A stretch of DNA of 64,000 nt from Epithemia pelagica (Eukaryota; Protista; Bacillariophyta): the NCBI GenBank assembly GCA_946965045.2, contig OX337236.1:1426001-1490000 (forward strand). The letters run 5' to 3'. Both the position numbers and the translations under genes were made by a program. Shown piece after piece: positions 24,103 through 33,503 of this stretch. Position 1 is the first letter of the stretch. Every line of letters starts with the position of its first letter. Under the pieces are notes generated by a model. It worked only from the letters and a program-made list of their open reading frames with translations. It was not told where the DNA came from and ran no database searches.

Positions 24103-27100
24103 TTACTGGTTTTTTGGCAATCCTTCTTTCCTGCGCTGTTCTCTGATCCATCGTGATGTCTTCACACGTTCCTCGTACTCATGTGCAAGACTTACTTTGT
24201 CGCCATCGTGTAACATGTCCCTGATATGGTCAATATTACCTCGTAGTTTCGGATCTGGTTCATACTTTTGAATTGAGCCTTCCTTCTTTTGAACCAGATC
24301 TCCATATGCTGCTGCGTACCCCGGTGGAAGTTGCTCGTTCTCCGCAAGCTGCTGGTCACCACTTTTCTCATCATGTTCACCATGTCGTACTTCATGTTGC
24401 GTTTGATGTTCCCGTTGATTGGCAACTCCCGGACGAAAGACAACATTGGGACGGCGTCCATGACGAACGTTTTCCTGTATGTGCTGCTCCACAGAGATGT
24501 GATGCTGTAGTTTGAGCTTGGTCCGTTCTCCATAAAACTCGAGCGGATGATTCAGCTGGTTCCACTCCCGTCGACAAAGAGAAGTAATCTGAAACTCAGC
24601 CGATGGGTCCTTGTCAAAACCATCATTCTCTAACACCACTCTGAATCTCGTTCGGGTGGCAGCATTGTCGGTTACCGGCTGCCCCAAGCCCCGTTGATCA
24701 TCCTGTAACAAACGTCTATCCATGAAGACATCAATTGCACCATCTTCGAGAGAAGCCGAACCTTGAGCGTGTTCGCTCAACACAGTCAACCTTGTTTGAT
24801 TATCTTGAATAGCCGCATGAGCTGGCATGGGAAAGACCTGGCTTTGAATGGGAAGATCACTCCGTCGGTGATGCGTATCGAAATTAAAACCATTCAGGTC
24901 AGTATGGAAAACTCCGTTGCTCTTTATATCTGTGGAGAAACGCACAAACCATTCCTGATTATTGTCTTGCAAATTGATTTCGTAAATAAAATCGAACACG
25001 ACAGCTTTCTTTTCATCTGATATCGTTCGTTCGATAACTGTTCGTCGCCAAAACTTTGTCTGCACTACGTAACCTCCATTTTGAACACTCGCATTTTTTT
25101 GTGAATAAGGGATTTGGTGGTCCGGGAAAAACAGGTAAGCTCCTCCCTTCTTAACGACCCACACAAGCCACTGCTCTCTGATGGGCCAGATCATCAAACC
25201 CGTTTCATTGTGGAATTGCGGTTTCGCACCAGTCAACGACCCGGGTATATCACAAGGCAGAGTGACCTTTTGTACTTGTCCACCTTCAATTGGAATATTT
25301 CCACATGTTTGTACATCGTCCAAAAGTGGATTGTACGCAAAAACGGACTCACCGTCACCACACATGTTTTCGGAAAGTCCCCTTGGTCCATCAGACTGCC
25401 AACAAGCTTCAATCTTTCTTGGTTTATCGACGGGCTTCTGGTCCTGGTTGCGTTCATCGGACAAACTGGTGTTTGTGCGGTTGGGACTGCTTTGGATGGC
25501 TACAAGGGCAGCCAATTCTGTGTTGCGTTGCTGGAGCTTTTCGAGAATTTTAGTCTGAGTGACTTGGATGGCTTTGTACATTCGTTTGGCATAGTCTTGA
25601 ACAACGGGTGTTCGGGCAGTGCCTGTGACACCGTCGTGATGTTGAAATAAACTGATCTGACGCCGTGGCATTTGCAATTCCTGTCTGGAGGCACCCAAAG
25701 AGGTGGCTGCGTAAAGAACACGTTCTAACTGCCGGTCCAAAGCTTTGTCAAATACTCGACTAGTGAAGTAGCCACTCCAGTAATCCTGATTCACGTCAGC
25801 ATAGGTGAAGAATGATCCTTTCAAGATAGGTGGTGTGAATTGTCCCCGAATAGCCTCGAAATATTGGGACAAGGTTCCAAACTGCACTTTCACACCGCTG
25901 ACGTTTTGGTTTATGTAGTCGAATATCCTTTGGTAGTTTGTATATTGTAGAGAGGCTTCTTTGGAAGTCTGGTAGAAATCATCACCAAGTGGAACTAGTA
26001 ATGCTTTCCCTCGATAGAGGTTGGATTTCTTTAAATATTGATCCAACAATGTCATTGACCTCTCCTTGATATTAGAGTTGTCGATCGACCGAGGCTTGAT
26101 TTTCCATGGGCAAGCGCCTTTCGATCCAATCGGAGACCGGGCAAAGTCGAACTGGCAACACACGGACGGATCTGGACCACATGTGTGTGGAACATCGTAG
26201 GAGTAGAACGGCATAAGGTGAGTGAACATGTCATATTCACCCGTACTGTCCCAGGTTTGTCGCCAGTAAAACTCAAGTTGTTTATTTTTGGCAAATTCCT
26301 TTTTGACGGCATAATGCACCCGTTGGATCAAGATCCCTTCTAAACCAAATTGGGTCTTCAACATATAAGGGAGAGTGGGAGAGTAACCAAATGGGTCAAT
26401 GCTCCAGCCATATTTGGGGAGAAATTCGGGACCAATGTTATGCGCTATCCAATCGAATCCTTCTTGCATTTGAATTTCTAAGGCTTCCCAATTCGAATTT
26501 GCTTCATCGGGTTGGACCCACCCACCAGTTACAAACTCCAACTGTTTGTTTTCGAGCAAGCGACGAACCGACTTCCGTTTGACTTCCGTTTGTTCCTCCC
26601 ACCACCACGAAAAGTACGAAATTTCTGCCCAAATAAACTTCCGCTTGGAATCCTCTTCCAAAGCCTTGATAACACTACTGATTATATCCTTTGTCTGTGA
26701 TTGAAAATATTCATCAAAGGTTTTGAGCCATCCAGGATCGCAATGTGAATGAGGCACCACAAAAATTTGCAATTCGTCTTCCGACAATGAGCTGTTGGAG
26801 AGTTGTCGGGGTTGGATATCAAATCCCTGTTTCCAAACACCACCATCAGGGTTGTCGAACGGTAAGGTGCGCGACAATTCTCGCATATCGATGATCTCGG
26901 CACTATCGTGGGGAGCTTCTTGAGGTCTAGAACCAGTATTGGCATTGACGCTTTCGGAAGCCATCCTTTCAACAGAAACCTCTCTTTGTCGGATGGTGTG
27001 AAAGTCTTGTTTCAACTCGTCACCACCACCGCCGCTTGGACGAGGAAAGGTGAAAGGTGAACGGTGGGCATTGTTTGCCAAAGCATACGATGAAGGTGCC

Positions 27101-27525
27101 TCTGGCTGCTGGTCGTGGGATTTTCTATGTATGTCCTTTCGATCTCCTGAGTCCGCATCTTGTTTTCCAGAGGTATGCTTCACATCATTATGCATCGTCT
27201 GTGGCAAAACGCTGCTATCATAACCTTCCAAATAGAGCATAAAGAAAGCAGTGACCGAGAAAAACACAACCAAGAAGATAAGCAACGCCATCACCATGAT
27301 CGTCACGACCGAAGGAATCTTGAAGGGTTCACGCTTAGTTCTGACCCGTCGGCGTCGGACTGGACGGCTTTCACCAGTGTTGGCAGCGCTACTTCCGGTT
27401 CTTTCGATGTACAAGTTTGATGGCCCCGACGCTAGAGCAGGCGCTCTCACTTCATTGTAAGTGCGGGTGATAGATTCACCGGACTTTCCCACAGACGAAG
27501 CTGACCTCACTACACCTCTTTTCAT
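24103..27525 (-). CDS. Golgi alpha-mannosidase II (GH38), type II membrane protein
   Basis: N-terminal TM helix; VVPHSHCDPGWLKTF, GWSIDPFGYS, HTCGPDPSVCCQFDF, PLGDDF and FQHHDGVTGTA. Confidence 0.93.
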   Translation of the reverse strand: MKRGVVRSASSVGKSGESITRTYNEVRAPALASGPSNLYIERTGSSAANTGESRPVRRRRVRTKREPFKIPSVVTIMVMALLIFLVVFFSVTAFFMLYLEGYDSSVLPQTMHNDVKHTSGKQDADSGDRKDIHRKSHDQQPEAPSSYALANNAHRSPFTFPRPSGGGGDELKQDFHTIRQREVSVERMASESVNANTGSRPQEAPHDSAEIIDMRELSRTLPFDNPDGGVWKQGFDIQPRQLSNSSLSEDELQIFVVPHSHCDPGWLKTFDEYFQSQTKDIISSVIKALEEDSKRKFIWAEISYFSWWWEEQTEVKRKSVRRLLENKQLEFVTGGWVQPDEANSNWEALEIQMQEGFDWIAHNIGPEFLPKYGWSIDPFGYSPTLPYMLKTQFGLEGILIQRVHYAVKKEFAKNKQLEFYWRQTWDSTGEYDMFTHLMPFYSYDVPHTCGPDPSVCCQFDFARSPIGSKGACPWKIKPRSIDNSNIKERSMTLLDQYLKKSNLYRGKALLVPLGDDFYQTSKEASLQYTNYQRIFDYINQNVSGVKVQFGTLSQYFEAIRGQFTPPILKGSFFTYADVNQDYWSGYFTSRVFDKALDRQLERVLYAATSLGASRQELQMPRRQISLFQHHDGVTGTARTPVVQDYAKRMYKAIQVTQTKILEKLQQRNTELAALVAIQSSPNRTNTSLSDERNQDQKPVDKPRKIEACWQSDGPRGLSENMCGDGESVFAYNPLLDDVQTCGNIPIEGGQVQKVTLPCDIPGSLTGAKPQFHNETGLMIWPIREQWLVWVVKKGGAYLFFPDHQIPYSQKNASVQNGGYVVQTKFWRRTVIERTISDEKKAVVFDFIYEINLQDNNQEWFVRFSTDIKSNGVFHTDLNGFNFDTHHRRSDLPIQSQVFPMPAHAAIQDNQTRLTVLSEHAQGSASLEDGAIDVFMDRRLLQDDQRGLGQPVTDNAATRTRFRVVLENDGFDKDPSAEFQITSLCRREWNQLNHPLEFYGERTKLKLQHHISVEQHIQENVRHGRRPNVVFRPGVANQREHQTQHEVRHGEHDEKSGDQQLAENEQLPPGYAAAYGDLVQKKEGSIQKYEPDPKLRGNIDHIRDMLHDGDKVSLAHEYEERVKTSRWIREQRRKEGLPKNQ

Positions 27526-27577
27526 TGTCGGAGAGGTGAAGCACCAATGCTTAGTTGTTTAGGAGTAGGGAACCTTA

Positions 27578-28267
27578 GGGGGTATGTTATCGGGCGCGCG
27601 GAGCATGTGCGGAGCATGATATGGGCGGAGAAAGGCCAATCCAACCCGGATATAGAGCTTTCCTCCGCAAAATTTACATGCGGAGGAAGAGTGCGGGTGG
27701 AGCAAGGTTGGAAGCAAAATCACTCGCCCACACACCACACACTCAATGCGTCGAACAGTCGAAGTCTTCCGATGATGGATTTATCATGGACAAAAGAGAC
27801 GACAGAGTCTATCTAGGCACTAGTATTGTAGACAAGTACATATAGTCGGTCAACTGTTGCTGCCTTGGTCTTTCGGAGTCTTTTCCATCCACCAGGAGGT
27901 TGTGTTTCCATAGAGCATGGAAATTGGCGTGTCTTTCCATCATGAGCTCGTAGGGCCAACAGAACAACAGGTGAAATATACAATGGATACTCTAAATGAT
28001 AAGTAGTCTATAAAGGGAATGATTATTGTGTCCGGAAACCATCCCTTTGCTTGCCATGGTCTTCCTGAATTTGCTCTTCATACTTAAGGCGACCCATACG
28101 CGTTTCCGTGACGGTCGGGGATTTTGAGCGCGCCCGTCGCGCATGCTCCGCATCTCTACATCCGCCCACCGATAATATCGACGCGCGGAGCATGCATCGG
28201 GGAGCATGCATTGCTCCCCCCATATCCATACTCCGCCCATGCTCCGCGCGCCCGATAACATACCCCC
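27578..28267. mobile_element. 690-bp Tourist-like (PIF/Harbinger) MITE
   Basis: Perfect 30-bp TIR GGGGGTATGTTATCGGGCGCGCGGAGCATG; TTA TSD at 27575-27577 and 28268-28270; six subterminal GGAGCATG/CATGCTCC motifs; no convincing ORF. Confidence 0.93.
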
Positions 28268-28609
28268 TTAGTAGTTGTTGGAGATGCGAAGCCTTTTGGT
28301 CATTACAACGGGCAATGGTCACAAGCGTAAAGTCATGAAAGTTTTGTGCGACTGATGTGTCCTCAGTCTTTATCTCCACCTCTATTGTACATTGTACGGC
28401 CTATGTAAAGCGAGTCCGTAGGAAAAGGATTACTCCTACTCCTAGTTGCCATTTTTGAGGGGAAGTGCGTGTCTCCTAAACGAGAAACCTGTCGACTTAT
28501 CCCGCCTTTTCCATATGAGAACTGAAGGGTTCTTATAGCTCCTGGAAAAGTGGTTTGTATCCTATTAGCAAGCACGAATGTAGCTCCTCGTGCATTCTGA
28601 TAGATATGA

Positions 28610-29547
28610 TTAAGATTCAATCAACCCAACACCGCCTCCATGACGTTTGTAAACAACATTAACCCTTTTCGTGTCTTCATTTGTGAATACATAGAAGTCA
28701 TGATCCACATAATCCAAAGCGAAGATAGCTTCCTCAAGATTGATGGGTTTGTCAAGCTGAAACGAATTGATTTTTGTGACATCTGGTGCTTCTGGGTCAA
28801 CGAAATCATCTTCTTCATCGTCGTCTTGGCCAATTCCTTCCGCAGTAAGTTGTTCCTCCAGAGCTTCCAATGCAACTTGTAAATCATCGCCCATGGAAGA
28901 ACCACCGTGCCAGCCCTTCTGTCGACGCTCCTTGTATTTACGAAGCTTGCGGGTGAGCGCATGGGCTACCGAGTCAATCGACGAATACATATCAGGAGAT
29001 TCCACAGTGCAAATGATAGTAGTCCCCTTCACGTTAGTCACTACTTCGGCACGATGCTTGTTCTTTACCTGTTGAGAAGATCCACACAAAAAAGAAGAAA
29101 TGATCAGCCCATTTTGCACTCAGAGTTAATCCAGAAAGAGAAAACGTTCTTCACCTTCGGGTTTTTGCTAACGGAGAGAATGACATCACACTCGCGCACA
29201 CTGCCGGTTCCCGAAAGTTTTTCAAGTGTTGCCCGAATGCGTTTGTCCACGTAGCTTGACAGCGCTTCAGTAACCTCAAGGTTCTTTCCTTCAATGACCA
29301 GAGGTACTGGCGAGGAGTCCTCAGCACTCGTGGCATCAGCCGCACCATCAACCTCAGGTGAAGGCGTGGAAAAGACTCGAGAAACACGGGGATAGGAGAG
29401 CTGGGAGAATGTTGACATCTCGATGTTATCGTGTGGACGACAGCCTGTACCAACTTGACGAGAAGGATGAGGGACAGTGAAACCATGAGTTTCTCCTGTT
29501 GATCCGAACAGGATCAAAATGTAGGGGGCAAATGAGCTTGCTTTCAT
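28610..29547 (-). CDS. PSRP1: Plastid ribosome hibernation factor (PSRP1/long HPF, S30AE family); exons 29547-29155 and 29068-28610
   Basis: Signal peptide followed by HG-F; IEGKNLEVTEAL..YVDKRI, DMYSSID.V...L.RKLRKYKERR, and C-terminal EEAIFALDYVDHDFYVF..VNVVYKR..GGVGLIE; GT-AG intron 29154-29069. Confidence 0.92.
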
Positions 29548-29787
29548 CGTCGATGATATGTAGGTATCCGTTCTTGGTGACTTGATTGGAACTGTTTTAT
29601 GAGACGACGCCGTCGAAATCTGTGGTCTTCTCTGATTTTCTTCAGAAGATCAATGAGAAGCCTGCAATCTGTCGATTTGCTACCCCATTCTATGCACTAT
29701 GCCTACTCGGAGTGGAAGTAGCACACACTAGCTAAGGCTAGGAGTACGTGCTCCTAGGAGTACCTCCTAGAGGCAATGATATTCATA

Positions 29788-31488
29788 TTATATGTCATCT
29801 CTATTTTCAATAATAGAATCCCACCATCGTCTTGATGTCATTTCAAAGATGCGGCTGGCTGCTCGTTCAAAGGCGACATGAAGCTCCTTCACGCTGGCAA
29901 CTGTATTTCCATCCCGCAAATGTTGTTCGGCCAGAGATTCCTTTGTCTCTAAACCACTTCGGAAAATATCGTGCGGGTCTTTTGCAGAGACTGTCGAGCA
30001 CAGTAACGCAGTGGATTTTGATTCATAAAGTTCATCTATCAGAATGACGAAGCGACGGGCACGATCTAAATCGCTGATTGTTGTAGCAGTGTCGTACAAG
30101 AGGGTGGGAATTTCTCGAACAGCAACGATTGCAAAATTTTGGGCCAAGGTTCGGTAATCGGACGCCCCCATCTCAACCTCACATAGTTCATGAAACCGAA
30201 AGTCAGCCAACCAACCCTCTTCATCTCCTCTTTCAATGTGCAGGCATCGTCGCCCACTGACCTCTAAAGTAACTGAAGAGGATGGTATGCTTTGTCGAAG
30301 CTGTGATAGAACCTCGTCAAAAGCGTTCATGTGATTGCCCACTGCATGGGATCCACCGTAAAAGAAGCTCTCCAGAGACGACTCCAACGAAAGAGCCACT
30401 CGGTAGTCAGTGTCGGAATTCAGAGTATGGACGATACAGTGTTTTTCCAGCAAATCAATAAAGGGGAGAAAGTAGCTCCGATTCAGGCCGCCTTCATAGA
30501 GCTGGGATGGCAGTCGATTCGACGTGGCCACAACCACGGTACCCATTTTCCACAGGACCGAAAAGAGCTGTGAAAGGATCAGCGCATCAGCAATATCAGT
30601 AACTTGAAACTCATCCAAACACAAAAGAGATAGTTCCTGGCCAAGATGTTGAGCGACACGGCGTATCGGATTATTTTTGGGATTGGTATCGACGGCGAAG
30701 TTTCTTCCCTCCTTTTCAAGTTGTTCCTTTTTGAGATTGTGGATTCGTTCGTGAACATGAGACATAAAAGCGTGAAAATGAAACCGTTTCTTTGCTCCTT
30801 CTGTCTGGACATTCTCATAAAAGACATCCATCAGCATCGACTTACCCACTCCAACCGGCCCATAAATATACAGCCCACGAGGTATTTGAGACCGAATGAT
30901 TGGCGGAACCTCGGTCTCCGTTTTTGAGTCAGGATGCTTTGATCCTGGAAGCAAGTTGTCCGCACGGAGCATTCTTCTGCTTACGTCGTCTTTTCTAGCA
31001 AAATTCCCTTCCCGGAAGGATTCGTTTTTGCTTGGGACCGACTTAACCTTGGACAATGACGGATTATTCTTCTTTTCCACTTTCTGCTGGTCAAGTGCCT
31101 GCATACATAGTTCCGCTGTTGCATGGTTGCAATACCCTGACAACACGGTTTGCAGCCGTTCTAGCCTTCGTGCAGCTCGTCGTTGAATAGGATCACTTCG
31201 CCATATCCCCTGTGAAATCTTGTCCTCCAACACCTCTGTCAGCAGTAGCCCCCCTTTACCTTTAGGATCATGGGACGCATCATATGACAATGACAGACAA
31301 GAACGAGAATATAGCCTATGACTCCTATCACTAGTCCCGTCTTGGCGCGTTGGCCAAGTTTCAAGAGATCGACATTTCAGCTTATGGGAATACAATCTGG
31401 TGGTTGTTTCTCTTGTGTTGTAACTACGATGAGGTACCCCTACCACTGACAACAACCTCCGCAGCGATTTCGATGACGAGTTGTTCAT
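29788..31488 (-). CDS. AFG1: AFG1/LACE1 (ZapE)-family ATPase
   Basis: RGLYIYGPVGVGKSMLMD, RFHFHAFM, LCLDEFQVTDIADALIL and TSNR.P..LYEGGLNR. Confidence 0.92.
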   Translation of the reverse strand: MNNSSSKSLRRLLSVVGVPHRSYNTRETTTRLYSHKLKCRSLETWPTRQDGTSDRSHRLYSRSCLSLSYDASHDPKGKGGLLLTEVLEDKISQGIWRSDPIQRRAARRLERLQTVLSGYCNHATAELCMQALDQQKVEKKNNPSLSKVKSVPSKNESFREGNFARKDDVSRRMLRADNLLPGSKHPDSKTETEVPPIIRSQIPRGLYIYGPVGVGKSMLMDVFYENVQTEGAKKRFHFHAFMSHVHERIHNLKKEQLEKEGRNFAVDTNPKNNPIRRVAQHLGQELSLLCLDEFQVTDIADALILSQLFSVLWKMGTVVVATSNRLPSQLYEGGLNRSYFLPFIDLLEKHCIVHTLNSDTDYRVALSLESSLESFFYGGSHAVGNHMNAFDEVLSQLRQSIPSSSVTLEVSGRRCLHIERGDEEGWLADFRFHELCEVEMGASDYRTLAQNFAIVAVREIPTLLYDTATTISDLDRARRFVILIDELYESKSTALLCSTVSAKDPHDIFRSGLETKESLAEQHLRDGNTVASVKELHVAFERAASRIFEMTSRRWWDSIIENRDDI

Positions 31489-31758
31489 GGTGGGAAATGC
31501 GTTCGACAAAATGTTGTCACGGAAAGATTCACTGACCACAACCCAAAATTACTCGTGACTCGCGGAAGCTACCTTCTGCTCTCCAATAGAAGATGTATGT
31601 GTCTTACAGCTTAAGCTATTGCTCAGCTAGGAATGATGCTTGAATGGTTTAATGTGCTTGGATAAGACGGAAAACTGTGGGTAATATGAACCTAAGAGCT
31701 CGCCAATATTTGCTTTGCTCGGAATCAGAATTGTTGTGATTCATCAATACTTCAATGA

Positions 31759-32935
31759 CTAGGCAGAAGATGACAAACACTTTTCAATCAGTTGGTCGGC
31801 GGCTTTGGCAGTCACCTTTCCATACTCAGTATAGGACTCGTACGGAGCCTGCGTAGATGGATTGACGGCGGTGATGGCAGCCGGTACCCAGGGATTGCCA
31901 TCAGCATGCAAATACGCGCCCTGCAAATCAGCTTCTGTGTTAAAGTCTGGATCAAGACAGGCACGGAGACCTGCTACAGCCCCTTGAGACGGAACGTACT
32001 GGAAAAAGTAAAAGCCGTAGTAATAAATCTTGGCTGCGATTCCAATATCGGCTCCAAAGTTGGAAGCAATTGATCCGGGATGCAAGGAAGTGAAATTCAA
32101 CTCCGGATGCAACGACTGGTTGTAGCGATTGATTGCAATGATGGCCTCCTTAGCTCTTCCATACATGAACGCGGCACCTTCCATTAGAGGGTCAAGGGGA
32201 AAGTCAATTGTCCCATCCTCTTTTTCCACGACACGTCCAGGTGGAGCTCCGCATTGTTTCGGAAATTCTACAAGACGAGTTGGGTCAAAGTCAGTTCCGA
32301 AAATGTGTGCAATTGAGGCAATGTCGACAATTCTTGGTTTGTAGTCCGGTGTGGCCGCGTTCTTTAAAACAGGCAACAAAAGATCCGTCAAGTAATGGAC
32401 AGTCAAAAAGTTGCGTCCAACGTTACCTTCAATTCCATCCTTGGTTAAGATTGGCTTGGCGCATGCCACACCTGCATTGTTGAGCAGGACATGCAATTTT
32501 CCGTCGTATTTTTCCTTGGCAAGTTTGGTTACAAAATCAGCAGCAGACTTTGCGGTTTGGAGAGAGTCCAAGTCGAAGGCCGTCTCGTACAAGACAGGTT
32601 TCTCGATCTAACGTCTCACGGCTTCCTTCTCAATAGATTCAATGGCTGACTTGAGTTTGCCTTCGTTGCGACCCAACAATTCCAGCCTGTAACGCGAGTT
32701 CTTCTGCGGCATTGTAGCCAGATCCACCAATCGGTACACCCGTCACCACTGCCAGTTTGCCAGTCTGCTTGGCGTTGGGGGCCTCCTTAAGAAGTTTTGA
32801 CACATACGTTTTCGCGTACGGTTGAGTCCACGCATTCTGAATCGCAAAAGGAAGCTGGTATGTCAGAACAAACTTGTAAGTCTTTTCGCATTCCTCAGCC
32901 GGGCGGACTGTCACGGATCCCCCAACAAAAGGCAT
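31759..32935 (-). pseudogene. Short-chain dehydrogenase/reductase interrupted by a frameshift (~32680) and an in-frame TAG (32610-32608)
   Basis: LAVVTG, LLNNAGV, RIVDIASIAH, YGRAK and SLHPG motifs. The segment LLGRNEGKLKSAIESIEKE is out of frame with the N-terminus and is followed by a stop. Confidence 0.65.
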
Positions 32936-33503
32936 AGCGACTTGGCGTAGCTCTCTTTCTTTGCAACTGTTGACTTTCTCGAACTATGGCAACGGTTGAT
33001 GATTTCGACGTTGTCTATCGTGTTTTGCGTGGCCGAATCTTTTTTTGCGAAGCGTTTGGATCTTTCTCGTGTATCCTTTTCCGACGTCATTATCCCAAGT
33101 CTCCCAACGATCAGTCGCGAACTATCGCGATCAATTCCTGTCCGCGGATGTAGTGTGTGTGCAGCAGTCAGTATGAAGTATGATGTGTATTGTACTCGTA
33201 TATTGCAGTGTGGGACGTGAGCACTAGGTTTAACCTTAACCTTATTCGTTCACAAAGTCATCGCGCATTGCGCGCACGGGCACACGGGCACGGGCACAGC
33301 ACATATGGGCCCGGAGGCATCGGAAATCTTTCGCCTGTCCTACGTCAGTCGCCAAACCTCGTTTGATGGACGACCAACCGAGTTTGACAATGGGGGGTGC
33401 GAATGCGAAGTATGGTATAGATCTTTTGTCCAGAGAAAGATTCCTCCTGCCACACATTGCTAAGGTCGTCCAAGTCCAACCTTAACAACTTCTGCCTGGA
33501 AGC

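Noticed and set aside
33225-33490. Telo-box-like AACCTTAA/AACCCTAA motifs near promoters (also ~50285 and ~59785)
   Set aside because: Few, short and degenerate; cannot be distinguished from background by eye.
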